Below, one piece after another: positions 36,148 to 48,253 of a stretch of 64,000 bases of DNA (positions within the stretch are counted from its first letter, which is position 1; the number at the start of each line of letters is the position of its first letter). The position numbers and the translations under genes were made by a program. The notes under the pieces are model-generated. The model did not search any database and had not been told where the DNA came from. It worked only from the letters and a program-made list of their open reading frames with translations. The stretch is from Candidatus Woesearchaeota archaeon (lineage in GTDB: Archaea > Nanobdellota > Nanobdellia > Woesearchaeales > UBA9642): the NCBI GenBank assembly GCA_003599145.1, contig QZIT01000005.1, positions 59,502 to 123,501 on the forward strand. The letters run 5' to 3'.

Positions 36148-37910
36148 CTTTGCACCTCCTTTTTGATAATGTAAATTTCACGTAATTTCTTGACCAATTC
36201 AGGGTCGGCAAGTATTATTTCAAACATCAAATCCTTAATGTCTATACTCGAAGAATTGGCAGGAACGTCTTTTGCGAATACTGCTTTTTCTAATGCCTCT
36301 TCCCTTTCTTTGATTTTACCAATGGCTAATGCCGTCTTAAGATTCAAAGGATAGCCACATTTGATACAGAATTGCGCATCGAATGGATTTGTGTATGAAC
36401 AGACGCTATTGTGACATATCTGGACGTCTAATAGTCCTTTCTTTTCTTGTTCCTCTTTGGTAACCAGACCGTATGAAGTAAGAATCTTGTCGGCTACGTC
36501 TTTAGCGTTAAGGTGGACGTATGTTAGAGCCATTGGAGAATTAGGTTCCCACCCTGCATGGATTTTCAATTCAGATTCAGATAATACTCTTGCCATTCGT
36601 GTAAGATTTGTATGACGGAATAGGTGAGGATGAATATGTCGTGTTATTCCAGCTTGGCTTGCAACTTTTTGAAGGATATAGAACACAGCTGTAGGTGTCA
36701 TTCTATGACCGAAATGTGAGCCTGAAGTTGAGACAAACAATGGTCTTTTAGGGTCATCTCTAAATGGATGATTCTTGAGCCAAAGACGTAAATGAGAAAC
36801 AGAAATGAAAAGCTGATTGGTTCTTTCCCCTGTTTTTCCTCTTAGAATTATGGTTGCAACTTGGTGTCCATAATTTGTTCCATCGACTTTTATCTCACGT
36901 ATTTTTAGGTCTTCAATATTGCAATTCATTAATTCGCTAATCCTTGCAGAAGAATCATATAAAACCGAAAGTATCGCCCTATCTCTTTCGTCAGGGCATT
37001 TCTCAATCATCGCCTTTACTTCATTGTCAGGGATTATTTCTTTTGGAATAACATCATCTTTCTCACTTTTACGTCGGGTGTTTAGCCATTCAACAACTTT
37101 AGGATATTGTCGAGGATGTTCCTCCCCAAACATTTTATAGATGAACCTGTAAAAATCAAGGATATTGCCAATGTACATCTGATTCATCTTTGGCTTATCG
37201 CTTGGCTTTTTCTTGGATAACCTCGCTTGAACCATAGTCAGATAATCTTGTATGTCCTTTCGTTTTGCTTGACGATATGTCTTATTTCTATCTTTGAGAA
37301 ATACACCCAATCGCTTTATGTAATACAATCTACCGCAAATACTTGAGTTTGAGCAAACTTTTCCAGAAGTCATCTTATATTCGTAGAAGTCCTTTAAGGT
37401 TTTCAGGTTCTTAACATCTAATACTTCCTGAGGAAACTTCTTTCGGAGTTGGGCTTGAGTTAATTGTCGGGAATCTTTGCGTTTACAAACCATTATTTCG
37501 TTAGTTAATAATGCCTCTACTCTCCTCTTATTCTGTGATTCAAAAGTAGGTCTATCGGGTGTGTAGGCTTGGGGGTTTACATACGCTAATGCTATGTTTA
37601 TGGGGAAGTTCGTATGCCTTTTGACATATTGATAGAAGTGGGTAATATGCGAGCGGTAATTCTTAGCTGATTGGTTTGTTAACTGCTTTTCAGCCAAGAA
37701 GGCATCAATATCCTTTGGGTCGGCAAGTTCGTAAGGCTTACTTAAGAATGCACCAAAAGCCAGTAATATCTTTGTCTTCTGATAAATGGCGTCCTCTTCA
37801 TTGTAGCACCTGACATGATTAACCCATTTAAGTAAGAGTTCCTTCTGCTCATGGATGGTAATTTCATTGCCAAATAACTCTTCAATCCTTTCCTTGCTAA
37901 TAAGTTCCAT
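36144..37910 (-). CDS. Large tyrosine recombinase/integrase (588 aa) with a C-terminal zinc ribbon
   Basis: Catalytic residues in order: R (DSSARISEL), H-x-x-R (HPHLFRHT), W/H (IHAGWEP), Y (ALTYVHL). Two SAM-like core-binding-type segments (KNYRSHITHFYQYV and GNILDFYRFIYKMF). C-terminal CHNSVC...CIKCG. Confidence 0.85.
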   Translation of the reverse strand: MELISKERIEELFGNEITIHEQKELLLKWVNHVRCYNEEDAIYQKTKILLAFGAFLSKPYELADPKDIDAFLAEKQLTNQSAKNYRSHITHFYQYVKRHTNFPINIALAYVNPQAYTPDRPTFESQNKRRVEALLTNEIMVCKRKDSRQLTQAQLRKKFPQEVLDVKNLKTLKDFYEYKMTSGKVCSNSSICGRLYYIKRLGVFLKDRNKTYRQAKRKDIQDYLTMVQARLSKKKPSDKPKMNQMYIGNILDFYRFIYKMFGEEHPRQYPKVVEWLNTRRKSEKDDVIPKEIIPDNEVKAMIEKCPDERDRAILSVLYDSSARISELMNCNIEDLKIREIKVDGTNYGHQVATIILRGKTGERTNQLFISVSHLRLWLKNHPFRDDPKRPLFVSTSGSHFGHRMTPTAVFYILQKVASQAGITRHIHPHLFRHTNLTRMARVLSESELKIHAGWEPNSPMALTYVHLNAKDVADKILTSYGLVTKEEQEKKGLLDVQICHNSVCSYTNPFDAQFCIKCGYPLNLKTALAIGKIKEREEALEKAVFAKDVPANSSSIDIKDLMFEIILADPELVKKLREIYIIKKEVQR

Positions 37911-38061
37911 GTCATCTTAAGGAAGGAAATTTTGGCTTATATACCTCAACCACGAACGATATAAGTTAGGGTATTTTACCGACCAATTAATTTAAGATAT
38001 AGGATTCTTAACTTGAAACATTAAATTTATAAGAACTTCTCAAAGTTTTAAAAACAAAAGA

Positions 38062-38070
38062 TTTATAAAA
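38062..38070 (+). promoter_or_regulatory. TATA box for the 38091 gene
   Basis: gatttataaaa lies 29 nt upstream of ATG 38091. Confidence 0.45.
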
Positions 38071-38090
38071 AATGCAGTTAAAAGTACAGT

Positions 38091-39935
38091 ATGAAATCGC
38101 TCTATTTTCTGCTCTTCATTATCCTCATTATTCCTTCTGTTTCAGCAACGGTGCTTCTTGATGAATGGAAATACAATTATGACACCTTCACGATAGATGA
38201 AGATATTTACAGCATTTACGCCTATGACAATTACTCTAAAATAAGGGTTAGGGTCAACGGGCTCGAAAATTACGTCGTGGATTTTGGAAAATGCACCAGA
38301 AACGGCTTAAAAGAATACTGTTTTAATGGAACAGATTGGGATGAACGCCTAGGAATAAACAAGTATGACCAAGTTGAACCAGCCTTGCACTTAAAATTTA
38401 ATGAACTTGAACCTGACATTACCATAACAAGAGCATTTTCTGTAGCGCCTATGGAATTCGGAGAAACCAGTGTTGTTACGGTTACGATTGCCAATAAAGG
38501 GACAAAAGAAGCAGGCAACGTTTCCTATACGGACTTGGTCCCTTCAAACATGCAAATCATAACTGCATCGGAAAATGTCATCATTTACGGCAATAAAATC
38601 ATGTGGAGCTTTGGAAGAATCACTCCAGGAAATGAAAAAACGTTCACCTATACGGTAAAAGCCATAGAATACAAAGACAAAGAGAACACTGCATTGGCAA
38701 CGTACACCTATGAAGGCATTGCCAGCAACACCACCTCGTCAAAAGCACTCTTTGATGTCAAAACTCCTTACGATTTAACAACAGCTGCAAGCACAACAAC
38801 ACCAAACATCAACACTGTTTTTACCTACACTATAACCTATAAAAACAACGAACTTGAAAAGGACATTGAAAATTATTTTGTTATTCAGATACCAGAAGAA
38901 CTTGCTATACTCACAGCGCCTTTGGGACTGCGAAAAGAAGGAAAAAAGTATTTCTATGAAGAGCCATTGCCTGCACAGCAGGAAAAGACCATGACCTTCC
39001 GTCTGCAGGGCCCCTATACGGGAACATACAATGTAACAACCACGGCAAACATCAACGTTAATGAAAAACAATTCTTTGAAAAAATAAACACAGGAGTAAA
39101 AATTCAAACCAGCAAGATAAGCCCTGAAATTTTATTTGACGTAGAGAACATTCGTGCAGGAGAGCCGTTCAAAGTATTCGTCAATTTATACAATAACGAC
39201 GATAAAAATTCTTATGTAGCTATTCAAGCAAGCCTGGTATCTGAATTATTTAACGAAGCCATTTCGATAGACAGCATCGCTCCAGGAAACAGCTACAGCC
39301 TCAACAAAAGATACTATACTCCTTTAAGCGACACAGAAAAATCGATTGTCGTCAACATTACCGGAACGTTTAAAAGTTTAAATGGGGAAACATTCAGCTT
39401 GCACACACAAAAAACCCTCAGAATAGCGCCTATTAACCAGTCACTAAGCATCGAACAATCTGTTTCAAAAACAGAAGTGAAAAAGGGAGAAAACATCACG
39501 GTGTCGGTAACCGTAACCAACCATAAAGACGACTCTCTCTTCAATGTTCAAGTGGATGATTATTTTCCTCAAGAACTGGTACTCATCCAGGGAAAGCCAT
39601 CTGTTTTAATAAGTTCTCTTCGTGGCAACGAAAAAAAAGAAGCGTACGTGTACAAGCTGCAAATTCCTGAACAGTATTCTTCTGATAAAGTAACCATCAT
39701 AAGCAAATTTTCATCCATTCTCCAGGGACAGGAATATTCCAAAACTATAGAAACGGTTATTGCCGTAGCGAATGCAACTCTTGCTGAGGGGAATACAACA
39801 GAAAATCAGACGCAAAACCAGACTGCGCAGGAAAATGCCGAGAACAATACAGGCATTCCTGAGAATAAGAAAGATGGATTTTTCACCACCTTCTGGAATG
39901 ACATCAAGTCATTTTTTAGCGATCTTTTCGGCTGA
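38091..39935 (+). CDS. Secreted cell-surface protein with DUF11/CARDB-like repeat domains
   Basis: Signal peptide MKSLYFLLFIILIIPSVSA. Repeated beta-sandwich modules with the pattern GE-x-V-x-V-T-V-x-N-x-G/K...(V/Y)-x-D-x-(V/F)P (ETSVVTVTIANKGTKEAGNVSYTDLVP; ENITVSVTVTNHKDDSLFNVQVDDYFP). Confidence 0.6.
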   Translation: MKSLYFLLFIILIIPSVSATVLLDEWKYNYDTFTIDEDIYSIYAYDNYSKIRVRVNGLENYVVDFGKCTRNGLKEYCFNGTDWDERLGINKYDQVEPALHLKFNELEPDITITRAFSVAPMEFGETSVVTVTIANKGTKEAGNVSYTDLVPSNMQIITASENVIIYGNKIMWSFGRITPGNEKTFTYTVKAIEYKDKENTALATYTYEGIASNTTSSKALFDVKTPYDLTTAASTTTPNINTVFTYTITYKNNELEKDIENYFVIQIPEELAILTAPLGLRKEGKKYFYEEPLPAQQEKTMTFRLQGPYTGTYNVTTTANINVNEKQFFEKINTGVKIQTSKISPEILFDVENIRAGEPFKVFVNLYNNDDKNSYVAIQASLVSELFNEAISIDSIAPGNSYSLNKRYYTPLSDTEKSIVVNITGTFKSLNGETFSLHTQKTLRIAPINQSLSIEQSVSKTEVKKGENITVSVTVTNHKDDSLFNVQVDDYFPQELVLIQGKPSVLISSLRGNEKKEAYVYKLQIPEQYSSDKVTIISKFSSILQGQEYSKTIETVIAVANATLAEGNTTENQTQNQTAQENAENNTGIPENKKDGFFTTFWNDIKSFFSDLFG

Positions 39936-39972
39936 GAGTAAACTTTATAAGCCAAAATAAATTCATCGCTCT

Positions 39973-40611
39973 ATGGCAAATGAAATAGTCATTACGTATG
40001 AAGTGCTTTTTGACCTTTTGCGCAGAGAAAAAAATAGAGAAGAATTGCAAGAATTAGTGCCTGATTTCTATGAGCAAGTGCTTGCCTACCTTGAAGAGAA
40101 GCAAAAAATGGTAACGCACGATTCAGAGGTATTCGGCAATGAAAAAGCAAAAATACAAATTGCGAACATTAAAAAAATCGTGAAAGAATTATATGAACGA
40201 AGAGAGAGAAAAATCATAAACCTTGCGCTGTATAAATCAAGAGTGAAAAGCAACCTTATCGACACAAGAGCATTGCTCCATCAGGAAAAAGACTTTTTCA
40301 ACGACCTGACTTTGCTGTTGAATCAAACAAGGGAAACCATGCTTGATACTGTTCTCTTGATGAAAAAAATAGAAGCCCATACACCTCACAGCACTGCAGA
40401 AGAAGCTACCGCGCGAGAACAGCCAACAAGTTCAGATGAAGAAAAACAAGATGAAACCAAGCTCATCAGATTTACCCATGCAGTTCCAAAATTTCTAGGG
40501 ACCGCAATGGAAATATACGGACCTTTTGAAGAGGAAGATATTGCGAACTTACCTTCAAAAATTGCACAAGTGCTTATTGAAAAAGGACGCGCAGAAGAAA
40601 TCGCAAAGTAG
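39973..40611 (+). CDS. GINS subunit Gins51 (Gins15 family)
   Basis: N-terminus YEVLFDLLRREKNREELQELVPDFYEQV and C-terminus IRFTHAVPKFLGTAMEIYGPFEEEDIANLPSKIAQVLIEKGRAEEI parallel archaeal Gins51 (compare LRRLLERELSSEELTKIEEEFY ... REYGPFRAGDLVVLPKSIGRVLVERDAAEKV). Confidence 0.7.
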   Translation: MANEIVITYEVLFDLLRREKNREELQELVPDFYEQVLAYLEEKQKMVTHDSEVFGNEKAKIQIANIKKIVKELYERRERKIINLALYKSRVKSNLIDTRALLHQEKDFFNDLTLLLNQTRETMLDTVLLMKKIEAHTPHSTAEEATAREQPTSSDEEKQDETKLIRFTHAVPKFLGTAMEIYGPFEEEDIANLPSKIAQVLIEKGRAEEIAK

Positions 40612-40634
40612 CGCATAAGAGAAAAATAAAAAAA

Positions 40635-40937
40635 TTATTTGGTTACCGCATCCAATAATCGTTTTAGAACAGCATCAAGAGCTATAAAGAAGTTAGAATC
40701 GACTTCTTCTGCAGCATGAATTTTTCCATTGTCGACAACTTTTGCATGCAGTTCATACTTCTGGCTGTCTCCTTGTTTATGAACATCTTTTTTTGTCAGG
40801 GTCAGCCGTTCAAATTTTTCGCACCGCTCGCTTATTTTTTTTGCATAATTTCCTACAATTTTCTTGACGACAATAAGCTCGCCGCTGTCCATCTCGCGAA
40901 AGCCAACTAATGCAATATTGCCTCCTAATTCCATCAT
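40635..40937 (-). CDS. HPF/YfiA (S30AE-family) ribosome-hibernation-factor-like protein
   Basis: ~100 aa from ATG 40937. NIALVGFREMD...AKVVDNGKIHAAEEVDSNFFIALDAVLKRLLDAVTK parallels bacterial HPF (LHVNGGEIHASAEGQDMYAAIDGLIDKLARQLTK). Confidence 0.5.
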   Translation of the reverse strand: MMELGGNIALVGFREMDSGELIVVKKIVGNYAKKISERCEKFERLTLTKKDVHKQGDSQKYELHAKVVDNGKIHAAEEVDSNFFIALDAVLKRLLDAVTK

Positions 40938-40956
40938 GCTATCACCTTTCGTTCCT

Positions 40957-41661
40957 TTAAGCAGTAGGAAGATCCTGTGCATTTGCAGGTGCAACGAATA
41001 ATGCAGCGTCTGCAGTTAAGGAATAGCTTGTTGCTGTCATCTCAGACTGCACGCCGCTGTTTTCCATTCTCGTATACAGAGGAACTCCCTCTGGAGAATA
41101 GCAGTACAGTGCAGTAACATCCTGAGAGGTTACGGAGAAGCATTCGGCAGTGACTCCTGCAATCACTTTTGAAGGCGCTTTCACGACAGCATATTCTGAA
41201 GGGTTGCTTTCAATATTTGCGCTTTCGCTTTCCTGAATTGCCCCTTTATAGCACATGTCTTGTCCGTTAATCACCGTGCAAGAATAGAACATATCGTCAA
41301 GTACAAGCGAAAAAGTTTGCATGCCCTGCGTTTCAGTTTCTGTTCTCACTTTAGAAGGGCCTTGCATAGCCAGCGTCATCGTCGTATCGGTTGTTCGTGA
41401 CTGCGCAGTTGTTTTCACATCATACTCGACAGTAAATGTAAGCGCATTCTTTTTCTGGATAAAACTTGAAAAGATTCCTGCATCTGCTGATGCATCTTCT
41501 TCAGGCTGGCCTTCGTCCATGGATTCCTGCTCATTATCTTGCGCAGCATCAGAGCTGTCATCAGCAGTATCATCTTGCATTTCTGCTGCCTGTTGAGGAG
41601 TACACCCCAAAACAAGGAAGACCATAAAGAACACACTCATCACCAACATCATTTTTTTCAT
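40957..41661 (-). CDS. Acidic secreted lipoprotein-like protein
   Basis: MKKMMLVMSVFFMVFLVLGC lipobox-like signal from ATG 41661, followed by a D/E/Q-rich linker. Confidence 0.55.
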   Translation of the reverse strand: MKKMMLVMSVFFMVFLVLGCTPQQAAEMQDDTADDSSDAAQDNEQESMDEGQPEEDASADAGIFSSFIQKKNALTFTVEYDVKTTAQSRTTDTTMTLAMQGPSKVRTETETQGMQTFSLVLDDMFYSCTVINGQDMCYKGAIQESESANIESNPSEYAVVKAPSKVIAGVTAECFSVTSQDVTALYCYSPEGVPLYTRMENSGVQSEMTATSYSLTADAALFVAPANAQDLPTA

Positions 41662-41757
41662 ACAATCACCCAGCAAAACATCTTGATCAAAACTATATAA
41701 ACTTTTCTATTTTTTTGAGCAAAAAAAAGCAACAACAACGATAAAAAATTCCACAAT

Positions 41758-41768
41758 CTTTATAAATA
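41758..41768 (+). promoter_or_regulatory. TATA box (ctttataaata) for rpl41e
   Basis: About 29 nt upstream of ATG 41789; identical core to the rpl15e and S-layer boxes. Confidence 0.5.
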
Positions 41769-41788
41769 ACCTCTGAATTGTAGACACT

Positions 41789-41890
41789 ATGAAGAGAAGT
41801 TCTCGTCGATGGAAGAAAAAAGGCCAGATGCGCTGGAAGTGGCAGAGAAAGAGAATGAAAAAGGAAAAGCGCAAACGAGTTAAGAAGTAA
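41789..41890 (+). CDS. rpl41e: Ribosomal protein L41e (33 aa; not in the ORF track)
   Basis: Manual translation: MKRSSRRWKKKGQMRWKWQRKRMKKEKRKRVKK. The R-W-K-K-K-G-x-M-R-W-K-W pattern is characteristic of archaeal L41e. Confidence 0.8.
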   Translation: MKRSSRRWKKKGQMRWKWQRKRMKKEKRKRVKK

Positions 41891-41992
41891 AATAAGAAGT
41901 ACCATTGTTCATGTTAGAATTTTCTAATTATTTTTTTTGATGCAAAGATGTTTTCAGTCGAAATAATAAAAAATAACATTAAAAAAAACCAC

Positions 41993-42006
41993 AAAGCTTA
42001 AATATA
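41993..42006 (+). promoter_or_regulatory. Candidate rRNA operon promoter (aaagcttaaatata)
   Basis: BRE/TATA-like element about 170 nt upstream of the mature 16S 5' end and upstream of the processing-stem arm. Confidence 0.35.
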
Positions 42007-42117
42007 ACCCCCCATTCCTTTAGAAAACATCAACACCACTGTCGCTATTCTACACAAATGGACCATCCATTTGGAGACAGCCATTTGCAATATTTATGCT
42101 TGAAAAACATTTCAAGT

Positions 42118-42130
42118 ATATGTAGGAAAA
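42118..42130 (+). other. 16S pre-rRNA processing stem, 5' arm (pairs with 43734-43746)
   Basis: atatgtaggaaaa is the exact reverse complement of ttttcctacatat at 43734-43746, bracketing the 16S. Confidence 0.65.
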
Positions 42131-42173
42131 TAGGCAACAATTCTTTTAAGTATCAAAATAATTTCTTGCAACA

Positions 42174-43734
<1,561 letters not shown>

Positions 43735-43760
43735 TTTCCTACATATCATTTTCACTATAG

Positions 43761-43872
43761 GGGCCCGTAGCTCAGCGGTAGAGCGCCGCCCTTGCATGCC
43801 TTCAAAGAAAGGCGGAGGCCTCGGGTTCAAATATTGGGTCCTCAGGACTCACTGAAAGTCCCGACGGGTCCA
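43761..43872 (+). tRNA. tRNA-Ala (TGC) in the 16S-23S spacer, with two introns
   Basis: Exons assemble to gggcccgtagctcagcggtagagcgccgcccTTGCAaggcggaggcctcgggttcaaatcccgacgggtcca, with the G3:U70 Ala identity pair. Intron 1 is ~13 nt after position 37 (43797-43809). Intron 2 is ~27 nt at the T-loop/T-stem junction (43833-43859). Confidence 0.85.
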
Positions 43873-43961
43873 TTTCATATTCATCAATTCATTACAGCTT
43901 TCAATAACTAACGAATATTGGAGGCTTGGTTGATAACAGATATCCCATATCATGTTAAGTG

Positions 43962-43978
43962 AAACCGTACATAATTCA
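43962..43978 (+). other. 23S pre-rRNA processing stem, 5' arm (pairs with 46839-46855)
   Basis: aaaccgtacataattca is the exact reverse complement of tgaattatgtacggttt at 46839-46855 (17 bp). Confidence 0.7.
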
Positions 43979-43984
43979 CATAAA

Positions 43985-46835
<2,851 letters not shown>

Positions 46836-47049
46836 TAATGAATTATGTACGGTTTTCTCTTTTATTTTAGATTTTCTCGTTCATACTATTTTTTGCTAGT
46901 CATAGCAATATTTAAATAACAAAAATCGCATGTTAAAAGATTCAGAGTTTAATCTTAGGAATAATGCGATTTTTGGAATAAAAAATTGCATACTAAATTA
47001 GGATATTTAAAACCGTTAATTTTTTATAACTGAAATTATTTCTCCAAGC

Positions 47050-47841
47050 ATGGGTCTGGTAAAAGATTATTATGAGGGAGTTACTTTTTCAGATGAACCC
47101 GTAAGTGCATTGGATGTTCTCAGATGGTCTCCTCTTCATAATCCTTTAAGAGAGGCGTTAAAAAAATATGATGCGCAACTTCCTGTATATGCAAAGACTT
47201 CACACGGAGATACTTCTTGTCATTCAAATGTGAAAGCATGGGGTTTGCCTGATGATATACATGCAACAGCAACATCGAGAACACTCGTAGACGTACATGA
47301 TAAAACATTAGAAGTTACTCTTGTTGCAGACTTCCGCAGGTTTCTCGATGGCAAATATACGTATCCTGGAATCGCATATTTCTTTATTGATAAATGGTAT
47401 GATAAGTTTCAAAATGAAAGAAATGAGCGAGAGCAATCAAAAGATAAAATCGTTGTTTGCCCTCATGTTCCTAGTTTAGCAAATCTCCTTATTTTTAAGC
47501 TTAGTTTAGGTCATGATACACAGGGAATTTATGAGCTTACTACTATTAACATAAGCGATGTATGGACACCAGAAAGTTATCGAAAACGCCCAAATGATTT
47601 TACTGATAAATTGGAAAAAGTTATCGGAGATACGTTAATGGAACAGAGTTTCCGTCCCTCTGCTGTTCAACCAGCAGATATTGATAGAATGTTTTTTCTC
47701 TATGAGCGTTCCCAAGATGGAGGCACTTTGAAGCTACCTTATCCTATTATCACTCCCATAAGAGTTGATTTGGCATTGACGCTTGCTGCGAATCTGGCTA
47801 AAAAGATAGAGACGCTTGCAGAATTTCCTGCTGCTCACTAA
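47050..47841 (+). CDS. Hypothetical protein (263 aa)
   Basis: Long ATG ORF with no recognisable motif. Confidence 0.5.
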   Translation: MGLVKDYYEGVTFSDEPVSALDVLRWSPLHNPLREALKKYDAQLPVYAKTSHGDTSCHSNVKAWGLPDDIHATATSRTLVDVHDKTLEVTLVADFRRFLDGKYTYPGIAYFFIDKWYDKFQNERNEREQSKDKIVVCPHVPSLANLLIFKLSLGHDTQGIYELTTINISDVWTPESYRKRPNDFTDKLEKVIGDTLMEQSFRPSAVQPADIDRMFFLYERSQDGGTLKLPYPIITPIRVDLALTLAANLAKKIETLAEFPAAH

Positions 47842-47885
47842 GCTTCTTCATAAAGTATATAAAAGAGCATGATGGATAGGTAACA

Positions 47886-48176
47886 ATGAACAATGCCATA
47901 ACAGAAGAAAAACTGAACAAGTATCTTGATTTAACCAAAAAAGCCCTTGCCCTAGTAAAAAAAGCAGAGAAAGATGACAAACGCATGAAGGAAGTGGAAG
48001 ATTTAATTGACCTGTCTGAAAGGTATTACAGCGATGCATTACATTTCAAAGAGAAGGGGGATTATGTTCTTGCGTTTTCAGCAGTGAATTATGCACACGC
48101 TTTTTTAGATGCAGGCGCAAGATTAAAGCTGTTTAAGGTTTCTGATTCTTCGTTATTTATGGTTGATGAAGAGTAG
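47886..48176 (+). CDS. DUF357-family small archaeal protein
   Basis: ERYYSDALHFKEKGDYVLAFSAVNYAHAFLDAGARL matches the DUF357 signature (Y-x-x-DA...GD...A...Y-A-x-G/A-x-LDAG). Confidence 0.5.
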   Translation: MNNAITEEKLNKYLDLTKKALALVKKAEKDDKRMKEVEDLIDLSERYYSDALHFKEKGDYVLAFSAVNYAHAFLDAGARLKLFKVSDSSLFMVDEE

Positions 48177-48223
48177 AACTGCGTGTTCATAGTAACCACT
48201 TAAAAGTAATAAAAATAGAAAGA

Positions 48224-48231
48224 TTTATAAA
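48224..48231 (+). promoter_or_regulatory. TATA box for the 48254 gene
   Basis: agatttataaag lies 30 nt upstream of ATG 48254. Confidence 0.45.
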
Positions 48232-48253
48232 GTAGCATACACTACAAAAAATA

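Larger units (their letters stand above)
20100..37950. mobile_element. Integrated plasmid/provirus-like element (~18 kb); boundaries approximate
   Basis: Contiguous block with visibly higher A/T content and Lys/Asn/Ile-rich proteins, lying between the S-layer gene and another surface-protein gene. It carries a replication module (MCM-like AAA+), RHH regulators, a type I R-M system, nucleases, a serine recombinase and a terminal tyrosine integrase. No convincing att direct repeats were found by eye. Confidence 0.6.

Noticed and set aside
41693-41905. 70-aa minus-strand ORF
   Set aside because: It is antisense to the clearly recognisable rpl41e micro-gene and its promoter. Its Leu/Phe/Ser-rich composition is typical of antisense frames of Lys/Arg-rich genes.
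46836-47049. Expected 5S rRNA downstream of 23S
   Set aside because: No sequence compatible with 5S helices or conserved loops is present. The region is very A/T-rich and contains only a hairpin.
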